Below, piece after piece: positions 1 to 10,786 of a DNA stretch of 64,000 nucleotides (within the stretch, counting starts at the first letter, position 1; each line of letters begins with the position of its first letter). Position numbers and translations under genes: made by a program. The stretch is taken from assembly GCA_964016885.1 (NCBI GenBank), contig OZ024740.1:215698001-215762000 (forward strand). Reading direction: 5' to 3'. The stretch comes from Eledone cirrhosa (taxonomy: Eukaryota). The notes beneath the pieces were generated by a model. That model was not told where the DNA came from. It did not search any database and worked only from the letters and a program-made list of their open reading frames with translations.

Positions 1-158
1 CTTTATTTTATTGATCCTGTAAGGATGAAAGGCAAAGCTAACTTTGGCAGGATTATTTATGTATCTTCAATAATAATGTGAACCCATTTATGGAGATGTT
101 CCAGGAAGATATTTCTCCAGATCAACATTTGGTCCAGAAAATATTTGATATACCTTAT

Positions 159-1246
159 ATCATCATCATCATCATCAACGTTTAACGTCCGTGTTCCACG
201 CTTGCATGGGTTTGGACGGGGGTTTTCCCACTTGAGGCAAGAGTGGTTATCTTGCTCGCATAGGACTGTCTGGCGGGTTTTCTACAGCTGGATGCCCTTC
301 CTAACACCAACCACATTTCCAGTGTGGGGCTGGGAGGTTTTTACCGTGTTGCCTACACGGCCACATTACAGCGTGGACTGTCTGGCGGGTTTTCTACAGC
401 TGGATGCCCTTCCTAACACCAACCACATTTCCAGTGTGGGGCTGGGAGGTTTTTACCGTGTTGCCTACACGGCCACATTACAGCGTGGACTGTCTGGCGG
501 GTTTTCTACAGCTGGATGCCCTTCCTAACACCAACCACATTTCCAGTGTGGGGCTGGGAGGTTTTTACCGTGTTGCCTACACGGCCACATTACAGCGTGG
601 ACTGTCTGGCGGGTTTTCTACAGCTGGATGCCCTTCCTAACACCAACCACATTTCCAGTGTGGGGCTGGGAGGTTTTTACCATGTTGCCTACACGGCCAC
701 ATTACAGCGTGGACTGTCTGGCGGGTTTTCTACAGCTGGATGCCCTTCCTAACACCAACCACATTTCCAGTGTGGGGCTGGGAGGTTTTTACCATGTTGC
801 CTACACGGCCACATTTACAGCGTGGACTGTCTGGCGGGTTTTCTACAGCTGGATGCCCTTCCTAACACCAACCACATTTCCAGTGTGGGGCTGGGAGGTT
901 TTTACCATGTTGCCTACACGGCCACATTTACAGCGTGGACTGTCTGGCGGGTTTTCTACAGCTGGATGCCCTTCCTAACACCAACCACATTTCCAGTGTG
1001 GGGCTGGGAGGTTTTTACCGTGTTGCCTACACGGCCACATTTACAGCGTGGACTGTGTGTTTTTTGTCGTGACACCTACACGATCTCATTTGTTTCGGCC
1101 TGGATGTTGTGGCACCAACATAACTTTACATAGAAGGGGGCGGTGTGGATGGGGTGGGGGTGGTGGGACGGGGGTGTGTTTTGTTAGCGATGCCTACTGA
1201 CTGTAGTAGGTTTTACTATGTATTTAGGTAAGACGGGTCTTCTCTA
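159..1246 (-). mobile_element. RTE-clade LINE 3' end (3'UTR plus (GAT)n tail) with internal tandem amplification
   Basis: Matches the 3'UTRs of RTE copies at 37017-37364 and 54769-55153. Retains the last codons ...EKTRLT* and the (CAT)n tail at 159-177. Confidence 0.88.
263..1049. repeat. 7 tandem copies of a 112/113-bp unit
   Basis: Units start with GGACTGTCTGGCGGG at 263, 375, 487, 599, 711, 824 and 937. Confidence 0.95.
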
Positions 1247-3005
1247 ATAATAATAATAATAATAATGAAATGATTGTGTAAAGTGCTCAGGTGCACTACA
1301 ACTCGTCAAAGGTGCATGTATAGTACATAGAATAATATACAAATGTCAGAGAAGTGAATAATGTATGAGTCATGATATAGATGTGTGTATGTGTATGGGG
1401 GGGGGGGGAATATTAGGTGTAGTGTTGGCGAATCTCAGGAAGCATGGAGGTTTTAAAGGATGCAGTGTCTCGACAGCTAACAACTGATGCAGGTAGTTTG
1501 TTCCATGCTTCAGCAACTCTGAGCGTGAAAAAATGTTTCCGAAAGTTATGGGAGCTGTGCTGTTAGACACATGGAAATCAAAAAGGTACTCAGGGTTGTT
1601 GTTGGCAAGATGATTAATAATTTTGTGGGTGTTTACTAAGTCAGTTGCCAGGTGTCAGAGCTTCAATGTATCCATGCCCAGGGAAGCAAGACATTCAGAG
1701 TATAGTAGATGCCTGACGGAGGGTATTCGCTTGGTTGCACGTCTCTGAACAGTTTCCAGGTGGTCTATATTCTGAGCAAGATAGGGGTTACAGACTGGTG
1801 ATGCAAATTCTAAGTGTGGCCACACCATAGCCATGTACAGCTTTAAATAGATAGCTAGAGAGCGGCTGACAAAGGTCTTCCTGGGTGATGCTAAGACACC
1901 CTCGGCCTTCTTGACAATTTTAGAGACATGTTTCGTCCAACGCAAATCGCTGCTGACCATAATGCCCAGGTCACGTTCACAAGAAGACTTCTTGATATTA
2001 GTGTTGTGGAGGGAGTATGTGGACGTTGGGTTTTTACTCCCAAAATGCATGGTGGTGCACTTGTCCACAGCCAACTTGAGTTGCCAGTCTGTGATCCATT
2101 GTTGCATTGTGTACAGGTCAGATTGCAGCCAAGATTTATACTGTTCAGGATCTGTCCTTATTATCTCAAGGTACAGCTTGATGTCATCTGCATATTTCAG
2201 TTCTGTGGCATTCTTTAAGTTGGCATCTATGTCATTAATATATGCCACAAACAAAAGGGGGCCAAGAACAGATCCCTGTGGTACACCAGATGACATCTCA
2301 TATGGTGAGGAATGCTGTCCCAGAACCGTGACTACCTCTCTTCGACTGAGAATGAAGGATTTCAACCAGTTAAAAAGATCATCCTTCACACCCATTGCAG
2401 AGAGTTTTGCCATAAGCCTTTTGTGTGGCAGAGAATTGAAAGCTTTAGCAAAGTCAAGGTAAACAACATCCACCCATGAGCCGCCATCAGTGATCCGGGT
2501 GATGTCTTCAAGAAACTCGATAAGTTGATCACAGCAGCTGGAGTTAGGGATAAATCCAAATTGCGAGGGCCGAATAAGACGGTGAGAGTTCCAGAAGTTC
2601 CAAAGTGTTTCTCTGATACAGGATTCCATCAGTTTGGCAATGCAGCTAGTAAGACTGACTGGACGATAGTTCACAGGTGATGTGCGGTTACCCTTTTTGA
2701 ACAGAGGAATTACACTGGCAGTTTTCCACTGTTCTGGAGTAGCACCGTTGTTCAGACAGAATTGGAAGAAGCGTGATAGCTGGTGCAGAAGGAAGTACCC
2801 ACCACGTTTGAGAAGCAGGTACATAATACCATCAAGACCAGGAGAGGCATGGTTGCATTTGTTTTTAAGGTGACGTCGCAGCATTGCAGGTGTAAATTGC
2901 ATGGTTGTAATAGAATCCGGTGTCGTAGGTGGTGGAGACGGTACACTGTGGTCTTCAATAGTGAAAATGCCTGCATAGCATTCAGCAATGAGCTCTGCGC
3001 ATTCA
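1245..3005 (-). mobile_element. 5'-truncated CR1-group LINE with reverse transcriptase (ORF 1655..2902, premature stop)
   Basis: Motifs SPGLDG, NYRPVSLTS, QFGF, YLDFAKAF, GVPQGSVLGP, YADD, ERDLG, VQRRATK. (TAA)n tail at 1245-1267. Confidence 0.9.
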
Positions 3006-3737
3006 GATATAAACCATCCCTTGTCTTATGTTTGAGATATATGTAAAAATCCAATACCCATTTATAAGCTGAAGCAGGTAATCAACACGTTATATTTAGA
3101 TGGATTCAGTTTTGAAATTCTCATGAGTGGAGAATACATTTATGAAGTTTTGATATTTAAAATGTTGTCATTTAACAACTACATTACTAAGTGTCATTTA
3201 ACAACTACATTACCATCTCACAACTACATTACCAATTTTTGGCTGTTTTGAAGGCCATATTCATTCGAAACATATAAAACACAGTAGGAAATATGAATTT
3301 CATGTCATGTAATATTCACCTCCATATATGTGGTATCTTTTTCTCCTAATAACGATTTGGAATTACTTTTAGTATTAGTAGATTTTTATAGTTTGTATTT
3401 GTGAAACAATTCTGATATGGTTGAAGTAATTTCACAAGGAAAATAGGGAATTTGCTTTGATAAATATTGAGCAATAGGGATTGGAGGATTTTTGGTTAAA
3501 GTGCATCAGCTAAAACCCCAGCTTGATGCCATCAAAGACATTGCATTGACAACTGACACTGGTGAGCAGTTTATATCAGAAATTGATATAAATATACATA
3601 TATGTGTGTGCGTGTTAACCTAATATATTCCTTCCATATACTATACCAATTGTGTTGTCATTTCTGTTTACCTTTTACATACATATATATATACTAAAAT
3701 GTTGTAGTTTGCTTGAAGCATTCTATATAATATATAT

Positions 3738-3998
3738 TGTGGAAAGTTGATATATGTAATAAGGCAAAACAATGCAAAATGAACAGTAAGATGAAGGCAA
3801 TGCCTTCAGCATTGTATTTCTTTTTTCTCTGAGAGTTCCTTATACTCTGATAAAAGGAATTTTAAGTCCCAGAATATTAAGATGAAAGAAACAACAAAAT
3901 ACCAAAACAATGATTACCAGGTAACTAACTTTTTCATTGCCTTCATCTTACCGTCCATTTTGTATTGTTTAGCCTTCTTACATATATCACTTTCCACA
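3738..3998. mobile_element. MITE-like foldback with ~65-bp imperfect terminal inverted repeats
   Basis: 3738-3802 (tgtggaaagttgatatatgta...gatgaaggcaatg) is reverse-complementary to 3935-3998. Flanks are TA-rich. Confidence 0.75.
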
Positions 3999-4309
3999 TT
4001 ATATCATACACCTACGGTAGTAGGTGTATAATATTCTTAAGGTCCCATTTCGGTCACTCGCGACACCTTCAAAGCTTTGTCACTAATTCAATTTTTGATA
4101 GAATTAGATGCAGTTTTTGCACTTTATAGGACCACAGATAAGCTACTTTTTGACATAAAAATATTGAAATTTGGTTCAGTAGAAAAAAAGTTACATAAAA
4201 ATAAGTGAGGACCAAAAGAGTGTAAGGAACTACATACATAAGTAACGCTTAGTTTGTTTCTAATTTCTAATACATTAAAATAGTGATAGATTGTGCAATA
4301 GTGAATTGT

Positions 4310-4382
4310 GGTCAGGTAGCTCAGTCGGTAGAGCAGCGGACCGGCAATCCGAAGGTCGTGGGTTCGATTCCCACCCTGATTA
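4310..4382 (+). tRNA. tRNA-like sequence, anticodon GGC (nominally Ala); probably a pseudogene or TE-derived
   Basis: 73-nt cloverleaf: GGTCAGG/CCTGATT acceptor, GCTC/GAGC D-stem, CGGA/TCCG anticodon stem, GTGGG-TTCGATT-CCCAC T arm. Intact A and B boxes, TTTT just downstream. Atypical features: C33, a G-A mismatch at the top of the anticodon stem, no G3:U70. Confidence 0.55.
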
Positions 4383-5311
4383 CTTTTCCTATCTGCACTT
4401 CTTCCTATTCATTATTATTTATTTAACTTATTTGTTGATAAATATTTTTAATATTAATATAATATCTTTGCATTGCCTGGAAAAAAAGTGGATTACAGTG
4501 AAAAATGCGGGCGCATCTAAAGAAATGTTCTTAAATTAATAAACCTAGAAAAGTAAAGGACAAGTTATTACACCTGGAAAAGTAAAGGACAAGAAAACTT
4601 CTTCTTAAAACTTCTTAAAATATTGCAGCTAAAGTCTAAATTTGAAAAAAAAAATTTAGATTATAAAACTAAAAATAAATAATTATAAGTTAATTGTTAA
4701 AAAAATATCACTTTAAAGGACTGGAAAAATGACTGTCTTATAGGGAGAGTTGACTACTGTATACTTAATTTTTTTCTTGGTGTATACAAATTAATCTTTT
4801 TAAAATAAAATTTGTACAATAATTAATTAATAATAATAATAATTGTTTCTACTTTAGGCACAAGGCCAGCAATTACCCAGTGCATTACTGGTAAATAATT
4901 AATATGTACAATTTATTAATTTATGTTATAAGATATTTAAAAATTTTCACTCTTAATGAAATTATATTTTAAAAAATTTAGTTATAAAATAATGCAGTAA
5001 AATAAATCAAAAACCGTGCATCATATGCACTTTTTATGAGTATTACAGATTTTTTTAATAATATAGTAAAATTCAACATCTCAAGGGGCAAAATTAGGTA
5101 AAAGTCAATTCATCAATTATTCATTTATAGTGAATCAATCAATTATAGTGAATTCATCAATTCATTAGATGAACTGTTGAATTAGACAATGTTTAATTTT
5201 TAATTGTAGTCTAATTTTACTGTACCTAAAAATGTAGATTGGTTATTTTGATCTCTGACAGGTCTTAAATTTCATTATTAAACAATTATAATTTGTTATT
5301 ATTTATCATTA

Positions 5312-6198
5312 CAGTTGGCTCCCTAATTAATTATTAATTAATTGTCAAAGTGCAGGGCAATAAAGATAGACGGTAGCCACGGAATAGGCAGACCCAGAAA
5401 AACCTGAGACGAGCTGATAAATTCCGACCTCACACACTTACACCTCTCCAAGACAATGTCACTGGACCGAGACCTTTGGCGGTACTCAGTAATAGAGAAG
5501 ACCCGCCTTACCTAAATACATAGTAAAACCTACTACAGTCAGTAGGCATCTCTAACAAAATACACCCCCGTCCCACCACCCCCACCCCATCCACACCGCC
5601 CCCTTCTATGTAAAGTTATGTTGGTGCCACACCATCCAGGCTGAAACAAATGAGATCGTGTAGGTGTCACAACAAAAAAACACAGTCCACGCTGTAATGT
5701 GGCTGTGTAGGCAACACTGTAAAAACCTCCCAGCCCCACACTGTAAATGTGGTTGGTGTTAGGAAGGGCATCCAGCTGTAGAAAACCCGCCAGACAGTCC
5801 ACGCTGTAATGTGGCCGTGTAGGTAACACGGTAAAAACCTCCCAGACCCACACTGTAAATGTGGTTGGTGTTAGGAAGGGCATCCAGCTGTAGTAAACCC
5901 GTCAGACAGTCCTATGCGAGCAAGAGAATCACTCTTGCCTCAAGTGGGAAAACCCCCGTCCAAACCCATGCAAGCGTGGAACACGGACGTTGATGATGAT
6001 GATGATGATAGTGGCATTTACACGCCAAAATTTTGTTTTATTTGATGTTTATAATTGTCACTCATTTTTTCAGTCCCATTTAGTAAAGTAAAATAAAGTA
6101 TATTTATTTAATGACCCAACCACTATGGTGTAAATTAGGATCACAAAATTAAATAAATGATCATAAATTAGTATTATTATCAATTAGAGAGTCAACTG
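5312..6198. mobile_element. Nested short-TIR MITE
   Basis: TA|CAGTTGGCTCCCTAATT ... AATTAGAGAGTCAACTG|TA. Confidence 0.5.
5347..6008 (+). mobile_element. RTE LINE 3' fragment with the 112-bp UTR unit duplicated
   Basis: Encodes KCRAIKIDGSHG.GRPRKT...EKTRLT*, then the 3'UTR and a (GAT)n tail. Confidence 0.88.
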
Positions 6199-6430
6199 TA
6201 TTATTAGAATTTATCACTTTCTATGTATATTTAAATCAAATATTTTTTATTATTCAAATTTATACTATAGCTGCAATATTTTAAGAAGTTTTAAGAAGTT
6301 TTCTTGTCCTTTACTTTTCCAGGTGTAATAACTTGTCCTTTACTTTTCCAGGTGTAATAACTTGTCCTTTACTTTTCTAGGTTTATTAATTTAAGAATAT
6401 TTCTTTACATGCGCCCACATTTTTCCCTGT

Positions 6431-6462
<32 letters not shown>

Positions 6463-6525
6463 TAGAATACTGGAAGGTAATATCCGTAGTGGTAGAGCAC
6501 TCAGTCCATGGGACGAGTTAGGTAG

Positions 6526-6605
6526 AAGTGGTAACACAACAGTTAGTTCACCATACCGAGAACAATTATTCTCGGTATGGTGAACTAACTGTTGTGTAAC
6601 CACTT
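6526..6605. repeat. Hairpin: 37-bp stem with one mismatch, 6-nt loop
   Basis: aagtggtaacacaacagttagttcaccataccgagaa-caatta-ttctcggtatggtgaactaactgttgtgtaaccactt. Confidence 0.9.
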
Positions 6606-6806
6606 ATATATATATATATATATATATATAGTTTATTGTAGATGTCTCCTGTCATTAAGGAAACCAGAAGTCTGATGAGTTATCAATTCCAGAGTCAGGC
6701 ACAATCAATAGTGATTGCACCTTCAGCTGATCAATCACAAAACGCATGTCACACATGAATAAACATTGTGATGATATTTCAATACCACATTCATACTCAT
6801 TATTAT

Positions 6807-7190
6807 TGGTGGATTGGCAATATCGGTAGAGGGTCGGACGCCATGCTTTCCAGCATAGTTACGTCCCTTTACGATCTGAGTTCAAATCCCGCCGAGGTTG
6901 ACTTTGCTTTTCATCCTTACGGGGTCGATAAAATAAAGTACCAGTAATGCACTGGGTAATTGCTGGCCTTGTGCCTGAAGTAGAGACAATTATTATTGGT
7001 GGATTGGCAGTGTCGGTAGAGGGTCGGACGCCATGCTTTGACGTATAGAGTTACGGCCCTTGCCATTCTGAGTTCAAATCCCGCCGAGGTTAACTTTGCC
7101 TTTCATCCTTACGGGGTCGATAAAATAAAGTACCAGTAATGTACTGGTTAATTACTGGCCTTGTGCCAAAAGTAGAAACAATTATTATTA
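6807..7190 (+). mobile_element. Head-to-tail dimer of a ~190-bp tRNA-derived SINE
   Basis: Two copies of ggtggattggcaRtatcggtaga (A box) ... gagttcaaatccc (B box) ... ctttcatccttacggggtcgataaaataaagtaccag ... (TTA)n tail. Confidence 0.85.
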
Positions 7191-7882
7191 TAATTATTGT
7201 TTTATATATATATATATGACACAACAGTCAACACTGTAAGGAGGCTGTGTAGGAATGGTGAAAAGGCTCCCAGTCCACACTGTAAATGTGGTTTGTGGTT
7301 GGTGTTAAAAAGGGCATCCAGCTGTAAAAAACCTGCCAGGGAGGCTTCCGCGCGAGCGAGACATGGTCTCCTGACCATTCCCGCATCACATGGAACAAAA
7401 CTGTCTAACCCATGCAAGCGTGGAAGATAGGCGTTAAATGATGATGATGATGATATATATATATATATATATATAGCATATTCCCCCACCCAGCCCACAC
7501 TGTAAATGAGGTTGGTGTTAGGAAGGGCATCCGGCTGTAGAAATCAAGCTAGAATCACTAGAATCAGTTCCCGTATGAGCAAGACATGGTCAGCCGACCG
7601 GGCACTGCCCACAACAGGACAACAGGACAACCCGTCTAACCTATGGTTGCGTAGAAGAATGGACATAAAACAGTGATGATGATGATATATATATATAATT
7701 GAAAAGGTGGAGAATAACATGGTCAACAGTACAAAAAAGGAGATTTAACGATTTTTTGTTATCCTTTATATATATATATATATATATATAACGTTTCAAC
7801 GGCTAATTCTGGGCTTTTTTTTTTTCAGTCCAGAATTAGCCGTCAAAACGGCTTGAGCTCAGCCGTTGGGGTCCTACTCGTT

Positions 7883-7933
<51 letters not shown>

Positions 7934-8135
7934 TTTCTGAATTTGTTTAGCAAGATTCTTTATCTGAAATCGTGTGTTGAAACCGATATTGTTATACTTT
8001 GGGAGGGTCATGTTGCCAATAAGAAACACACGCACCAGTTGCTTTCACTTCAATTTATTATATATTTATAAATTTATAAATTTATAAATTTCTGGTTGGT
8101 TGGTTGGTTCCACAACCAGATAGTTGTTTATATAT

Positions 8136-8180
8136 AGTCATAGTTCTTTCGTCACACACTCTGTGACCTCTTCAGTGACT
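8136..8180 (-). ncRNA. Mirror-image hammerhead motif in the left arm of the palindrome
   Basis: Exact reverse complement of 8309-8353. Confidence 0.7.
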
Positions 8181-8308
8181 GGAGGATTCCTTTCTTTGTT
8201 TCTGTGCCTCTCCTTTGTTCTGTCCTACGCCATTTTGTTTCTGACACAGAAACAAAATGGCGTAGGACAGAACAAAGGAGAGGCACAGAAACAAAGAAAG
8301 GAATCCCC

Positions 8309-8353
8309 AGTCACTGAAGAGGTCACAGAGTGTGTGACGAAAGAACTATGACT
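8309..8353 (+). ncRNA. Minimal type I hammerhead ribozyme motif
   Basis: Stem I AGTCA/TGACT, core CTGAAGA, stem II GTCACA-gagtg-TGTGAC, GAAA, short stem III (AG-aa-CT), cleavage triplet CTA. Confidence 0.7.
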
Positions 8354-8937
8354 ATATATAAACAACTATCTGGTTGTGGAACCAACCAACCAACCAGAAA
8401 TTTATAAATTTATAAATTTATAAATATATAATAAATTGAAGTGAAAGCAACTGGTGCGTGTGTTTCTTATTGGCAACATGACCCTCCCAAAGTATAACAA
8501 TATATATATATATATATAAATCCCAGCCAAATTGCAGTTCGATCTGAGCAAGATACGCGGCCAATTCTAGCCAGACTTGTTTCATGACATGAGCAACCTG
8601 TCTAACCCATGCAAGCATGGAAAATGGACATTAAACAATGGTGATAATTGTTTCTACTTTTGGCACAAGGCCAGCAATTAACCAGTGCATTACTGGTACT
8701 TTATTTTATCGACCCCGTAAGGATGAAAGGTAAAGTTAACCTCGGCGTAAAGTTAACAACAATGGTGATAATGATGATATATAAATATATATCTATATAT
8801 ATACACACAGGTACATATAGATACACAGGTGTATCTACATACATCACATCATATTTCTGTTTATTGTCAGTTTTATTGTAGTTCTTTGTTCTCTTGTAGT
8901 AATTAAGGAAACCATCATCATCATTGCAACTGTCATA

Positions 8938-9935
8938 ACCACCACCACCACCACCACCACCGACTCTCATCAGCAACATCATCACCATCATCATTACCAG
9001 AACCAGAACCAGAACCACCATTGCCAGCATCATTAGCACCATTATCATCACTATCAACACTGTCAGCATCATTAGCATCATCATCATCATCATCCCCACC
9101 AGCACTATCATCATCATCACCACCACTATCACCACCATCATTATCATCACCAGCACCATCACCACCACCATCACTATCACCACCAGCACTATCATCATCA
9201 CCAGCATCATTATCATCACCAGCACCATCACCATCATTACTAGTACTATCATCATCATCATCATCACCATCATCACCACCACCACTATCACCACCTCCAC
9301 CATCATCACCACCACTGCCGCCATCACCATCATCACCATCACCACCACCGCCGCCATCACCATTACCACCACCGCCGCCATCACCACCACCGCCGCCATC
9401 ACCATCACCATCATCACCATCACCACCACCGCTACCATCATCACCACCACCGCCGCCATCACCATCATCACCATTATCACCACCGCCACCATCATCACCA
9501 TTACCACCACCACCATCATCATCACCACCATAACCACCACCACCCATATCACCATCGCCACCACCACCATTATCACCACCGTCACCATCATCACCATCAC
9601 CACCGCCATCACCATTACCACCACTATCACCACCATCACCACCATCATCATCACCATCACCATCACCACCACTATCACCATTACCACCACCACCACTATC
9701 ACCACCATCATCATCACCACCATCACCACCACCACCCATATCACCATCGCCACCACCACCATTATCACCACCGCCACCATCATCACCATCACCACCGCCA
9801 TCACCATTACCACCACTATCACCACCATCATCGTCACCATCACCACCATCATCATCACCATCACCACCACTATCACCATTACCACCACCACCACTATCAC
9901 CACTGCCACCACCACCACCGCCACCACCATCACCA
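8938..9935. repeat. Degenerate (ACC/ATC)n trinucleotide tract
   Basis: Direct inspection. Source of the spurious poly-Val, Gly/Asp and Pro/Ser ORFs. Confidence 0.95.
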
Positions 9936-10055
9936 CATTGTTGATATTGTTATCTTCCCATTTAAGCTGCTTTTATATTTAGGGAGATATGTCATTAAAA
10001 ATATAAATATAGATGGTGATAAGTAGAAGTGGGTTGATAACAGCAACAACAACAT

Positions 10056-10730
10056 TGATGGTGGTGATGATGGTGATGATGGTGGTGATGGTGATGATGG
10101 TGGTGATGATAATGATGATGATGATGATGGAGTGTTTTTACTGTTTTGTAGATAAGATGAACTGGTGTAAATAAAATATTGACTTCATTCAGTTGAAAAC
10201 TGCAATGTGTGTGTGTGTGGGGGGGGGGGGCGATGTTGTTGTGGTTGTTGTATTTTTGGTAATGGTTAATGGTGGTGTTGGTGGTTGTGGAGCTTTGTAT
10301 TTTTGATAGGGGGTGGTGGTGATGGTCGTGGTGGTAGTGTTGTTGTTGTTGTTGTTGTTGTTATTGGTAGTGTTGTTGTTGTTGTTGTTGGTGGTGGTGG
10401 TAGTGTTGTTGTTGTTGTCATTGTAGGTGGTGGTAGTAGTGATGTTGTTGGTGGTAGTGTTGTTGTTGTCATTGGTATTGGTGGTAGTGTTGTTGTCGTC
10501 ATTGGTATTGGTGGTGTTGTTGTTGGTGGTGGTGTTGTTGTTGTTGGTAGTTTAGTTGTTGTTGGTGGTGGTAGTTTTGTTGTTGTTGGTGGTGGTGTTA
10601 TTGTTGTTGTCATTGGTATTGGTGGTAGTGTTGTTGTTGTTGGTGGTGGTGGTGGTAGTGTTGTTGTTGTTGGTGGTGGTGGTAGTGTTGTTGTTGGTGG
10701 TGGTTGTAGTGATGTTGTTGTTGTTGTTAA
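10056..10730. repeat. (GAT/GGT/GTT)n low-complexity tract
   Basis: Direct inspection. Confidence 0.9.
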
Positions 10731-10786
10731 CTTTTGAGGTTGATAAAACATTTAATTTCTCCTGGGCAATACTGAAAAACTGGTGC

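Larger units (their letters stand above)
4496..6429. mobile_element. Non-autonomous Tc1/mariner-type DNA transposon with ~150-180-bp TIRs
   Basis: TA|CAGTGAAAAATGCGGGCGCATCTAAAG... at 4496 and ...CTTTACATGCGCCCACATTTTTCCCTG|TA at 6429. The TIRs contain 29-bp subrepeats (2 left, 3 right). No transposase ORF. Confidence 0.8.
7931..8503. mobile_element. Penelope-like terminal repeat with inversion forming a palindrome (7986-8503), inserted in (TA)n
   Basis: Arms 7986-8243 and 8247-8503 are reverse complements with one bulge and a 3-nt loop (ACA). Each arm has a hammerhead motif. A related single-arm copy lies at ~46745-46960. Confidence 0.75.
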
